A stretch of 64,000 nucleotides of DNA from Candidatus Bathyarchaeota archaeon (GTDB lineage: Archaea; Thermoproteota; Bathyarchaeia; Bathyarchaeales; Bathycorpusculaceae). Below, piece after piece: positions 9,550 to 19,176 of the stretch. The stretch is taken from NCBI GenBank assembly GCA_963782525.1, contig CAWAKC010000005.1, forward strand, positions 57,385 to 121,384, read 5' to 3'. The stretch's first letter is position 1. Each line of letters starts with the position of its first letter. Below the pieces are notes generated by a model. The model ran no database searches. It had not been told where the DNA came from and worked only from the letters and a program-made list of their open reading frames with translations. Both the position numbers and the translations under genes were made by a program.

Positions 9550-11262
9550 TTGGGGTTTATTGATTATGCTTGGGCGGTTTCTCTACAGAAAGATGAAACC
9601 AAAGTCAAGATACTCCAAGATCCTGCCTTAACGCAGCCTCTATTGCAGCAAGACAACTTTGGATTCACAATCAGGTTTCCAACCGTTCGCATGCTGGAAA
9701 ACGGCGGTATTTCTTTTCTCGGCCACAAATTCCCCGGAAATGCCACAGGAAAAGCAAAGATTGGACGATTGTTTAGAGCTTCTGTTATGCACCTGACAAC
9801 TCACACGTTGGCGCCGTTTTCAAAAGAAAAAATCGTTCCCCACGAAAAAGACTCAATCGTGGAAGCCTATGCCAAAGCATTAATCAATGATACCTATGTT
9901 AACGCGTACATCCAAAACTGGTACCCTGATAGGATAGTTGACCTAGCCTACGCAAACGCTTTAGCTTACCAAAAAATAAAGTCCTCCAATAGAATTTTTA
10001 CAACTTCCACAAAACTCATGGCCGCACTATTGACCAAACTTAACGTTGGATTAATTAAGAATTCTCCAGGCTTAAATGAAGAACAAACTGTTGACTTGTT
10101 GTATAACGATCTGAAGACACTCAAAGAAACTTTCATAGTTGCTATGCCTGATGAAAAAAGCAATTTTGACGGATTATTCGATGAAAAATTAAACTTTATA
10201 ACCGATTTACTTGAGCCGTATGGGCCATTTTTGGAAGCACCTTCTTTTAGGCATACTGAGAGCATTGGGCGTTGCAGCGTTTACAGTGAAGTTGAAACAT
10301 CAGGCGAGGGATTTGAAGGTTTGTTTAGGCAATCGATGAATTCTTTAAGCGGCACGTATCCAACAGAAAACATGGAAGAGTGTTGGCGACCTGAACAAGA
10401 AGCAGAAGCGCAACAAGCATTCAACTCTGATCAATACCAAAAACAAAGAGAAGAAAAAATAATCACAAAAATAACGCCATATATCGCCTTAACCAGCTTC
10501 AAATCAGTTTCAATTCCAGAAGAAGATTATACACAATATCTTAGGGCAAGGAATTTGGCGCAGGGCGCAAGCCGCCGTCTACTCGATATTTTGCGGTCAG
10601 CATTCAACTATCTTGATGAAGATCCCCGCCAAGAGATGGGACAACTGGATTTGTCTGCTGTCATCCAATCTTTAGCCAGCAATAAACCTGCAACAGACGT
10701 GTTTGTCCTTGATGAGTACCTTAAGCCAAGTTTTGCTTGGTCAATAATTTTTGATGTTAGCAGTAGCATGCAGGTGAAAGGTGAGTATGGCAGAGCGTTG
10801 GCGATTGCGGTGGCGGAGGCAGCAAAAGAGTTGATGACAGATCCAACCTCTTGGACGTTTTTTGCTTTCAGCGACAGATTCTATGTATTAAAGGATAGCA
10901 ATGAATCCTATTCGAAGAGGGTTAGGGCAAGGATTGGAGGATTAAAATTTGATGGACTCACCTACATCCCAGACGCTATTACGATGGCTGGTAAAATGCT
11001 GGCTAAACGATTCGAGGAACAACGCTGTTTAATCGTTATTTCGGATGGTTGGCCATACGGTTATCCTGACATGCCTGAAGCGTTGAAGAAGGTTGTGGAA
11101 GATTTGATAAGAAAAAACGTTCTGGTTCTCGGCGTCGGCGTCGAAACAGACAGGATGAATAAATTCTTCCATTTGCATGCTTCAGTTTTCTCTCAGAAAG
11201 ATTTGATTAAAAAATTCGGCAACGTGTACTCTGAGGCTTCAGCAAAAGCGCTGGAAACATAA
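9550..11262 (+). CDS. VWA-domain protein (NorD/CbbO-like partner of the MoxR ATPase)
   Basis: C-terminal MIDAS DVSSSM...GLTYIP...ISDGWP; GQLDL motif; 14 nt after the AAA gene. Confidence 0.85.
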   Translation: MGFIDYAWAVSLQKDETKVKILQDPALTQPLLQQDNFGFTIRFPTVRMLENGGISFLGHKFPGNATGKAKIGRLFRASVMHLTTHTLAPFSKEKIVPHEKDSIVEAYAKALINDTYVNAYIQNWYPDRIVDLAYANALAYQKIKSSNRIFTTSTKLMAALLTKLNVGLIKNSPGLNEEQTVDLLYNDLKTLKETFIVAMPDEKSNFDGLFDEKLNFITDLLEPYGPFLEAPSFRHTESIGRCSVYSEVETSGEGFEGLFRQSMNSLSGTYPTENMEECWRPEQEAEAQQAFNSDQYQKQREEKIITKITPYIALTSFKSVSIPEEDYTQYLRARNLAQGASRRLLDILRSAFNYLDEDPRQEMGQLDLSAVIQSLASNKPATDVFVLDEYLKPSFAWSIIFDVSSSMQVKGEYGRALAIAVAEAAKELMTDPTSWTFFAFSDRFYVLKDSNESYSKRVRARIGGLKFDGLTYIPDAITMAGKMLAKRFEEQRCLIVISDGWPYGYPDMPEALKKVVEDLIRKNVLVLGVGVETDRMNKFFHLHASVFSQKDLIKKFGNVYSEASAKALET

Positions 11263-11359
11263 TTACAGTAAATCTCGAGAGCACAAATAGCGACCTGCTC
11301 CGTATTAGGGTTCTGCAATGAATTATTTTTAGGATCCAAATATGCTGTTCTGGACTCGT

Positions 11360-11920
11360 TTAAATTGTATTCAGAGCTTTTCTAATTAATTGGTCAGCAA
11401 GTTTTTCCCTATTAGAGAAAGTTACGTTAAATATCTCTGCGTCAACTCTCCGCTTCACCTGTGTTACTATCGGGTCTTTGGCTTTTCCATGCACAACCGC
11501 CACTACCAGCTTTTTGCTCTCCAACGCCTTTGCTACGGCTTGCTTGAATTTTTGCGAGTAAAGTTCCATAGGGCCAATTTCGTCGATGGCGATGACGCCG
11601 CATTTTTCAACGGCTTGCGTGATGGCTGCGGTCCCGAAGTAATCGAGGTCGTTGAGGTTAACATGGTACTTTCCTACCTGTGGACCAAGCCCATTTACGT
11701 GAGCCAGCCACCCATGTTTGCTGTTGGTTAAATCCACAATTTCAAAGCCCACCCGTACCTTGTTTTCGCGTACTTCGCGGCTAATCATGCCACCGACACT
11801 CGCACCCTTCGCTTTTAAGGCATCCACCGTTTTAGTAAGCACCGTGGTTTTTCCAACTCCCGGTGCTCCCGTTAAAATTAAAACCCTCGTCGTTGCCATC
11901 TTTTTCATCAACCATACCAT
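11360..11920 (-). CDS. Nucleoside-triphosphatase (THEP1/NTPase_1 family)
   Basis: LTGAPGVGKTT, RVGF, VGKYHV, IDEIGPMEL. Confidence 0.92.
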   Translation of the reverse strand: MVWLMKKMATTRVLILTGAPGVGKTTVLTKTVDALKAKGASVGGMISREVRENKVRVGFEIVDLTNSKHGWLAHVNGLGPQVGKYHVNLNDLDYFGTAAITQAVEKCGVIAIDEIGPMELYSQKFKQAVAKALESKKLVVAVVHGKAKDPIVTQVKRRVDAEIFNVTFSNREKLADQLIRKALNTI

Positions 11921-11975
11921 AAGTCTATTATGCCGATTAAATTCTTTTCATACAAATACCTCTGGAGCAGACCCA

Positions 11976-13196
11976 ATGGCAGATAAAGAAGGCTACGTTG
12001 CTGATTTTCCGAGCGAAATAATCAAGGAAGGCAAAGTCCAGGTCTTAGTTCCAAAACTGGCGGCGTACGGCGTAGTGCCATCGGATTATGCGCCTTCTAA
12101 AGCTCCAGTCTTCTACAACCCCGTCATGGAGTTCAACCGTGACCTGACCGTTTTAGCGTTCAAAGCATACCAGCACACAGTAAGCCATGAAATTAGCATC
12201 TGCGAACCCTTTACAAGCCAAGGCATTCGCGGAATCCGTTTTGCAGCTGAAGTTGAGGGAGTAACGCGGGTGTTGCTAAGCGACATCAACGCTTCCGCCT
12301 TCGAGTTGGCAAAACACAACATTCAATTAAACAATGTTCAAAACAAAATCACAATTGAAAACAAAGATGCCAACTGCGTCTTAAGCTGCAATGCCTCACC
12401 CAAAAAACGCTTCGACATAGTAGACATCGACCCCTTCGGCACCCCCGTGCCCTACTTGGATTCAGCCGTTCGCGCATTAAAGAACAAGGGATTGATGTCG
12501 GCTACTGCCACAGATTTAGCGCCACTCTGCGGGGTTCATGCGAAGGCATGTGTGCGAAAATACGGGGGTAGGCCGTTGCGAACGGAGTATTGTCATGAGT
12601 TGGCAGTTAGGCTTTTAGCTGGCTACATGGGCTCAACAGCAGCGAAACAAGATATCGGAGTTCGCATTCTCTTTAGCCACAGCAGCAACCACTACATCCG
12701 CGTCTACGCTCAGATCGGCTATGGCTGCCAAAAAGCTGACGAAAGCCTCAAACAAATCGGCTACATCCTGCATTGCTTTAATTGTATGCATCGCGAAGCA
12801 GCAATCAAGATTTTTGGAAAGAGTGATGAATGCCCTGAGTGCGGCAGCAAAATGGATTATTCAGGACCCTTGTGGATAGGAGCTATTTCTGACCTATCTT
12901 TCATTGAACAAATCCAAAAGGAAAACCAGAATACAGCATTCAAAAACAGCGCAAAAATAACCAAAATCCTGAACCTAACAAAAAACGAAGCCATCGCACC
13001 CGCTACCTATTACGTGATTGACAAATTAAGCGGGAAACTCAACTTGCCCGCGCCTTCCAACGAAAGCTTCTTATCGGCTCTCCAACGCAACGGTTTCCAA
13101 GCCGTGCCCGTCCATTTTAACCCTCGCGGCATAAAAACTGATGCCCCAGCATTAACCATGCACAAACTGCTCAGAGAAATTCTGGCAACCAGATAG
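11976..13196 (+). CDS. trm1: tRNA (guanine26-N2)-dimethyltransferase
   Basis: VFYNPVMEFNRD, GIRGIR, DIDPFGTP, TATD, Zn ribbon CxxC..CxxC, GPLWIG; start moved to ATG 11976. Confidence 0.95.
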   Translation: MADKEGYVADFPSEIIKEGKVQVLVPKLAAYGVVPSDYAPSKAPVFYNPVMEFNRDLTVLAFKAYQHTVSHEISICEPFTSQGIRGIRFAAEVEGVTRVLLSDINASAFELAKHNIQLNNVQNKITIENKDANCVLSCNASPKKRFDIVDIDPFGTPVPYLDSAVRALKNKGLMSATATDLAPLCGVHAKACVRKYGGRPLRTEYCHELAVRLLAGYMGSTAAKQDIGVRILFSHSSNHYIRVYAQIGYGCQKADESLKQIGYILHCFNCMHREAAIKIFGKSDECPECGSKMDYSGPLWIGAISDLSFIEQIQKENQNTAFKNSAKITKILNLTKNEAIAPATYYVIDKLSGKLNLPAPSNESFLSALQRNGFQAVPVHFNPRGIKTDAPALTMHKLLREILATR

Positions 13197-13265
13197 AATA
13201 GGGCTTTTTTGGCGACAAAAGTTTTAAAGGCAAAACCAATGTTTCTATCAGGTAAGTGAGCACCC

Positions 13266-14072
13266 ATGAATGATAGAATCACAGTTATAGGCGCAGGCAT
13301 GATGGGAAGCGCCATAATCAAAAGCCTCATCAAAGGCAAGTACGCGGGGAAAATAACCGCTGTCGATATTGCACCTGAAAAACTGGGTGATTTGGAAAAG
13401 TTAGGGGTCAAGGTTTCATTGGATATCTACAAATCTGCTGCCGAGGCAGACATCGTTTTCATAATTGTTAAGCCCGGCGACGTCGAGAAAGTTCTCAAAG
13501 AAATCAACGAAGAAATCAAAAGCAAGCTGCTCATCTCCGTTGCTGCTACGGTACCCATTGCGTTTTTGCGGAAAAATGCTCCAAACGCGAAGATTGTTCG
13601 GATTATGCCTAACTTGGGTGCTTTGGTGCAGGCGGCTTACACGGCTTACTGCTGCGAACCAAACGTGACTGCTGAAGACAAAGAAAAAGTCAAGGCTCTC
13701 TTGAATACGTTTGGCGTTTGTGATGAGATGGATGAGAAGTATATGGATGCAATCACCGCGGTCAGCGGTAGCGGACCTGGCTACTTGTCTATCATAATTG
13801 AAGCCTTAACTTATGCAGGGTTAAAAGTTGGCTTGCCGCGCAACATAGCTCTAAAAGCAGCTGCCCAAACTGTCATGGGTACCGGCAAACTTATAATTGA
13901 CCTCAACGAGGACCCAGCAAAAATAAAAGACATGACCACGACGCCGGGCGGAACAACAATAGAAGCCATCTATCAAATAGAGCAATCACAAATCCGCGCA
14001 GCCATGATACGGGCCATTGAAGAAGCCACCAAAAAAAGCCAAGCAATCCGCGAAAAACTAAACCTCACTTAG
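13266..14072 (+). CDS. proC: Pyrroline-5-carboxylate reductase
   Basis: IGAGMMG, RIMPN, SGSGPGY, TTPGGTT. Confidence 0.95.
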   Translation: MNDRITVIGAGMMGSAIIKSLIKGKYAGKITAVDIAPEKLGDLEKLGVKVSLDIYKSAAEADIVFIIVKPGDVEKVLKEINEEIKSKLLISVAATVPIAFLRKNAPNAKIVRIMPNLGALVQAAYTAYCCEPNVTAEDKEKVKALLNTFGVCDEMDEKYMDAITAVSGSGPGYLSIIIEALTYAGLKVGLPRNIALKAAAQTVMGTGKLIIDLNEDPAKIKDMTTTPGGTTIEAIYQIEQSQIRAAMIRAIEEATKKSQAIREKLNLT

Positions 14073-14081
14073 AGTCTTGTA

Positions 14082-14738
14082 ATGTTTGAAGCAGTCATCT
14101 TCGACTGGGACGGAACCCTCGCCGATACCCGAAAAGCCATTGTTATTTCTTTCCAAAAAGCACTAAAAGAAATCAACCTCGAAGTCCCCGCGCACTACAT
14201 TGAACGTAGAATGGGCATCGGCGCATCCGAGACCTTCCGCGAAATACTCGCCGCGGCGAACAGGCGGGTTGACGAGAAAGTTGTGAAGAAGTTGGTTGAG
14301 CGGAAGAGTCAAGTGCAAATCCAATTAGCCGATAAAGTGGTGTTGTTTGAGGGTGCACGGGAGCTTTTGGAAGCGTTGCGGGGTAAGGTGAATGTGGGTT
14401 TGGCGTCGATGAATAACCGCTCCGTCGTCATGGATTTGCTTCAAATCAACGATTTAATGGGTTGTTTTGACTCTGTTTTAACGGTTGAGGCGGTTTCCCA
14501 ATCGAAGCCTGACCCTGAAATTTTTTTAAAAACTGCTGCTCAGCTGAAAGCCCTCCCTGAGAAATGCGTGGTTTTGGAGGATTCTCTTTTCGGAGTGAAA
14601 GCCGCTAAAGCAGCAAAAATGGGCTGTATCGCTGTTACAACAGGTGTCTATACTGAGCAAGAGCTTGAAGTTGAAAGGCCTGATTTAATCGTTAAATCTC
14701 TAAAAGATTCTCAAATTCTCCGTTTTATTCTCCGGTAA
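14082..14738 (+). CDS. HAD-superfamily phosphatase
   Basis: FDWDGTLAD, SKPDPEIF, EDSLFGVKAA. Confidence 0.92.
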   Translation: MFEAVIFDWDGTLADTRKAIVISFQKALKEINLEVPAHYIERRMGIGASETFREILAAANRRVDEKVVKKLVERKSQVQIQLADKVVLFEGARELLEALRGKVNVGLASMNNRSVVMDLLQINDLMGCFDSVLTVEAVSQSKPDPEIFLKTAAQLKALPEKCVVLEDSLFGVKAAKAAKMGCIAVTTGVYTEQELEVERPDLIVKSLKDSQILRFILR

Positions 14739-14831
14739 TAAGAACTTGTTGTTGTGCAACAACAGTCACATAGCTTTAAACATTTTTCGAAGAGATATAC
14801 AGTTACTCTCAACTGAAAGGAAGATGTATCC

Positions 14832-15098
14832 ATGACTGCGATGCTCAAGAAAAAGTCTAAGCCATCGGTTTTTCAAGTGTTACTGCTTGATAACGATGCC
14901 AGCGAAGACGTCGAGGTTCAGGAATCCAAACAAGTAGATTTCTGCCAAGTTAAAGCACACCTCAAAAACGGCGGCTCCGTCTTCATAACAAGCAAAGGCT
15001 CACAAAAACTCAGCCACCCCAAAGCCAAAGCCCAACAAAACTACAGCCGCTCCAGACGAACCTGTGGTTTTCTCTTCCGTCAGCACCTGAGAAGCTAA
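14832..15098 (+). CDS. Small hypothetical protein
   Basis: 88 aa ORF with upstream TTTAAA box and purine-rich leader. Confidence 0.6.
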   Translation: MTAMLKKKSKPSVFQVLLLDNDASEDVEVQESKQVDFCQVKAHLKNGGSVFITSKGSQKLSHPKAKAQQNYSRSRRTCGFLFRQHLRS

Positions 15099-15609
15099 AC
15101 TGTGTGACGTGCATCCAAAGTTTTTCTTCACCCCTTCTCTCTTCCACATGTTTTTGCGGTGCACGCCACTCCCAATAACGCTAATTTTTTTGTGCTGAGT
15201 GATTGCGATTAATCTGAGGCCTGAGGATTGAGAGTTTATACATTTTGTATATACAGTTTGTTTATATAATCGTCTGCTTTTGGATGAATATTAAGTCGGT
15301 TTTTTTATTTCTAAGAAATAAATGGGAAGAAGCCACATCTTGGGTTCAGAGCCGAATATGTCGCCCGTATAGAAAAGTACTGCGGTATTTGCTCCCAAGT
15401 AGATTTATTTACGATATTTTTGTACTTGGGATATCAATAAACATTTTTAACTAATTATTCCTTTTTTGGTATTTTCTCCGAATCGGTAAATTGTGCAATA
15501 AAACATTTGAGGTTTTAATCCGCTCAAATTCAAAAATCCTTAAATTCAAAATACTCAATATCACCGCTTGGATAGCAAAAGAAAAACATGTGGTAGGTTG
15601 GGTGTTTTC

Positions 15610-16581
15610 ATGTATAAGATTGAACTGGTAGGTCTATTTGCTGTAGTCCTAATAGTATTCAGTTGCAGTTCTCTTGCAGGTTCCTCTCCACTCCCTTTGA
15701 CATCTGATGGGGATCTCACCTACCGTCAACTAGCCAATGGAATGCCATTCGTTTTCCCAACTCCAACAGCTACACCATCGCTTACACCTGAACCAACCGT
15801 TACTCCAGTTCCAACGCCTCGACCGGAACCTACAGCTAGACCTACAATAGAGCTAGACTGTAAAAGCACCGCCGCCGCTGGCAACCTCAAAGTTCAAGTA
15901 ACGGGTACCTTAACCTACAACAAAACGGGCATACCTGGTGCAGCCATATACGTCGGATACAGCGCTGACTGCGGAAACAAATGGGAGAACTTCTCGTTGG
16001 TTCAAACTCATGATGACGGTGGTTTTGAAACGCTTTGGACTCCCAATGCAACCGGCTACTACTTGATTACTGCCCAATGGGAAGGAAACTTGACGCTACA
16101 CTGGGTAAACGCTACCGCAAACCTAGCGTTAACACCTGATTCAGCAGGCAACGAATTCTCAGTCGCCTCGAACTCAACCATATCTAATCTTACCTATAAT
16201 TCAGTAGCACAAGAACTCAGCTTCAACACTAATGGAACCTTAAGCACAACTGGATATGCCTACGTTTGTCTTCCAAAAACTCTCGTAAGCGATATCCAAA
16301 CGGTAGAAGTAAAGATAGATGGAAAACCAGCTACTTCTACAAGCGAAGCCCAAAACGACGTTTGGGTCATCTCTTGTGTGTATACTCAGAGCCAACACTT
16401 CTTAAGCATAAAACTACCTCTCATGCAGGCGCTAAGTTCTGCTACGGCACCGTGGATAACCATCGTTGTGATCCTCTCTATATTGATAGCTCTTGTAGCT
16501 ATAGCGGTGGTTATTAGACGTAGGCGCAGAACCGCTGCAACTGTTGCAGCCATACTCAAACAGAATCGTCCAGTAAACTAA
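15610..16581 (+). CDS. Secreted, C-terminally membrane-anchored surface protein with Pro/Thr linker
   Basis: Signal peptide, PTPTATPS linker, many N-x-S/T sequons, C-terminal TM followed by RRRRR. Confidence 0.8.
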   Translation: MYKIELVGLFAVVLIVFSCSSLAGSSPLPLTSDGDLTYRQLANGMPFVFPTPTATPSLTPEPTVTPVPTPRPEPTARPTIELDCKSTAAAGNLKVQVTGTLTYNKTGIPGAAIYVGYSADCGNKWENFSLVQTHDDGGFETLWTPNATGYYLITAQWEGNLTLHWVNATANLALTPDSAGNEFSVASNSTISNLTYNSVAQELSFNTNGTLSTTGYAYVCLPKTLVSDIQTVEVKIDGKPATSTSEAQNDVWVISCVYTQSQHFLSIKLPLMQALSSATAPWITIVVILSILIALVAIAVVIRRRRRTAATVAAILKQNRPVN

Positions 16582-16736
16582 GATAATATTGACTAAAGAA
16601 GCCGCTATTCGATAGTCTCTCAGTATTTTCTAATCCTTTCAGTTCCCCCGGAACCTAAGTTCCCATTAAGAAAAATCGGTTGCTTGACATCTATCAAAGA
16701 GCTAAACCGTCAATGGTCACAAAAAAGCTTTGCTAT

Positions 16737-17810
16737 TTAATGTGGCTTCATATTTCTAAGAGCCATTGGAATGTAGGCACATCTTAGATCGGAACCCAAA
16801 ATGTCCCCTGTATAGAACAGCGCTGCTGATCGGCAGCCGCCGCAGAGTTCTTTGTATTCACAGACGCCGCATTTCCCCTTGATGTTTCGTTTGTCTTTGA
16901 CTTTGTTGAAGAACTCGCTGCTCTGCATTTCAGCCCAAATCTGCTTGATTGGTTTGTTTTTGATGTTTCCGACTCGGTAGGTATCGTTGTAACTGCAGGG
17001 GATGGCGTCGCCGTTTTCCGCGATGCTCATGAATTTGCCGAAGAAGCATCTGCCCAAGAAGAAGTTGTTGTACCATTGCTCGAAGTTGGGCATGCCGCGT
17101 TGTTTGGCGACTCGGGCATAGAAGGGTATGTAGACGTTGATGGCTGGTTTTCCATTGTACTCGGGGGTGAGGTCGTAGAGTTTGTTGCATACCCACTCGT
17201 ATTGGGCTGGGGTTAAGTCGGCTTTAAGGCTGGTTTTATCGCTGCTGTAGGGTATCATGCCATGGAAGACTACCCAACGTGCATCGTACTTTTTGGCTAA
17301 ATCCAACACGTGACGAATGTCGGCTTCGTTGGCATTGGTGACTTCGCCTGCATTTGCAAAGGTGTAGACTAGGCAGTTGAGGAGTTTTTCTTTAGCGAAC
17401 TGCTCGATAGCTGAGACTGCTGCTTTATAAGCGCCTCTGCCGCGGATGGCATCGTCGGTTTTTTCTGCGCCATCGATACTTACGGAAATTTTGGTTTGGT
17501 TCTTAACTATTTTTTTGAAGGCTTCCTCATCGAGGAGTCGCCCATCTGTTATGATGCTGGTGCACAGCCCTTTTTCTGTGGCGTAATCTAGCACTTCGAA
17601 CAGGTCTTTGCGGAGAAACGGCTGCCCACCTGTTATGCCAAAGAAGGTTGCACCGAAATCGGCTGCTTGATCAACGATTTTTTTTGCGTCATCTGTGCCT
17701 ATCTCGTCTGGGACGGCCTTTTTTCCTGCTGAAATGCAGTGAACGCATTGGCTGTCACAGGCGTAAGTGCATCGCCAAGGAACAATGAAAACTGGACCTT
17801 TCACCGTCAA
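16737..17810 (-). CDS. Radical SAM protein with SPASM domain
   Basis: CDSQCVHC (CxxxCxxC), TGGQP, C-terminal C...GDAIPC...CGVCEYKELCGGCR. Confidence 0.92.
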   Translation of the reverse strand: MTVKGPVFIVPWRCTYACDSQCVHCISAGKKAVPDEIGTDDAKKIVDQAADFGATFFGITGGQPFLRKDLFEVLDYATEKGLCTSIITDGRLLDEEAFKKIVKNQTKISVSIDGAEKTDDAIRGRGAYKAAVSAIEQFAKEKLLNCLVYTFANAGEVTNANEADIRHVLDLAKKYDARWVVFHGMIPYSSDKTSLKADLTPAQYEWVCNKLYDLTPEYNGKPAINVYIPFYARVAKQRGMPNFEQWYNNFFLGRCFFGKFMSIAENGDAIPCSYNDTYRVGNIKNKPIKQIWAEMQSSEFFNKVKDKRNIKGKCGVCEYKELCGGCRSAALFYTGDILGSDLRCAYIPMALRNMKPH

Positions 17811-17955
17811 GCCTTAATTTCTCCAAGAGGTTTGTGTATTTCAAACGGGCTTTTTGGTATTTAATGCTTCACTTTAAAACAATGGATTCGAATGATGATG
17901 CTGGGCAACAGAATTCTTGAATTGACAGTGTCATAATTCTTTATCAGTGAATTTT

Positions 17956-18372
17956 ATGGCTAAATTAGAAGGAAACGCAAAACTTCTAGAAAACGTTCGT
18001 TTTGAAACCGACAATGGAAGGGGACACAAAGTAATATGTGATTTATCTGAAGCGGCAGGTGGAACAAACGCTGGACCAACCCCATTAGAACTGGCAGTTA
18101 TGGCGCTGGCCGGCTGTGGAGTCATAATCTACGCTGACGTCTGCAAGAACAGCAAAATCGAACCGGGAAAAATTGAGATTAACGTTGAAGCAGAAAAAAC
18201 AGCCAGTTCCTCAACACTAAGTGGTGTAACGATGAAGGTAAACATTGATTCGCCCACTCGAAAAGGGTTGGTGGAAGCGGTTTGGCGTCGAACAGAAGCA
18301 AACTGCCCAGTAATGTTTGTATACAAAGAACAGGTGCCTGTCAAAGTTGAAGCAAACATAAAAGGGATATAG
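17956..18372 (+). CDS. OsmC-family protein
   Basis: GGTNAGPTPLEL...LAGC...NCPV. Confidence 0.88.
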   Translation: MAKLEGNAKLLENVRFETDNGRGHKVICDLSEAAGGTNAGPTPLELAVMALAGCGVIIYADVCKNSKIEPGKIEINVEAEKTASSSTLSGVTMKVNIDSPTRKGLVEAVWRRTEANCPVMFVYKEQVPVKVEANIKGI

Positions 18373-18456
18373 CAATCACCCTTCCTGTATTGCTCTTCCA
18401 TATTCGAAAATTTTTTTAAGCAACCATTTTTTTAACTGTTAACGAGGAGAAGGTGA

Positions 18457-18624
18457 ATGGAAGAAGACATACTGTTTACTATGCGCCAGCTAAATTGCAA
18501 TCATCATGAGGAACTGTACACTCAAAGACGCTTCGACATACTCAAGGGCTTCGAATTTAATTTGACCCGTTGCCTTAACTGCCACAAAATCGTGGAGTTA
18601 GATGCAAAAAAGTTCTCTAAATAA
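18457..18624 (+). CDS. Small putative zinc-binding protein (55 aa), not in ORF track
   Basis: MEEDILFTMRQLNCNHHEEL...TRCLNCHKIVELDAKKFSK; GAGGAG/AGGTGA upstream. Confidence 0.6.
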   Translation: MEEDILFTMRQLNCNHHEELYTQRRFDILKGFEFNLTRCLNCHKIVELDAKKFSK

Positions 18625-18627
18625 TCC

Positions 18628-19038
18628 CTACCTGTCTTTTGAGGTCAGATAGAGATGTCCCTGTTTTAGCTGGTCTAAAGCATTCTGTGTTTCCAGGGAT
18701 GTTAGCTTGCAGGTCTTGAGGTCTTTTAGGAATGCAAGTTTTTCTGGGGCATCTTGAAGCAAATGCAAGTCTTCCCATGTTACTTTGAGGTCCTCGGAGG
18801 GTATGTGTTCATCAACATCCATGGCCCAGGCGCCCGCGTCCAACTCGTCGCCTTCAGCTAACGCTGTGAAGGGACCAAGCAAGCTTTTATCGTCCAGGTT
18901 AAACAAGAAAATTATCGAGCCTACCTTGATTTCTTCTTCTTTGGGTCTGGTTTTTTCGTCAGCGCATGTGTAGCGTTTGTTACTTAAACACTGTTGCTGG
19001 GATTCTTTTGTACAGTAAAATACGTATCCGTCATACAT
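18628..19038 (-). CDS. DCD (development and cell death)-like domain protein
   Basis: GYVFYC...C...IKVGSIIFLFN...LLGPFTA...G...AW resembles the DCD consensus. Confidence 0.6.
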   Translation of the reverse strand: MYDGYVFYCTKESQQQCLSNKRYTCADEKTRPKEEEIKVGSIIFLFNLDDKSLLGPFTALAEGDELDAGAWAMDVDEHIPSEDLKVTWEDLHLLQDAPEKLAFLKDLKTCKLTSLETQNALDQLKQGHLYLTSKDR

Positions 19039-19176
19039 AAGTCAATAAAACCTTCTTGCATAGTTTGAAGCGTGTCGGCGTTTATTTCCTTTTCTTTTTT
19101 TAGATTGGTCTGTTGTTTCATTTATGAACCTTAGAAAATTTTATTAAACCAGCCCGTATGTTGCTAATTCGGATAG

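Noticed and set aside
11718-11975. 86-aa N-terminal extension of Trm1
   Set aside because: Antisense to the NTPase gene; Trm1-like sequence begins at ATG 11976
16737-18624. Radical SAM/SPASM plus nearby small ORF as a RiPP cluster
   Set aside because: The small ORF is on the other strand beyond osmC and looks like a zinc-binding protein; no RRE, protease or dedicated exporter
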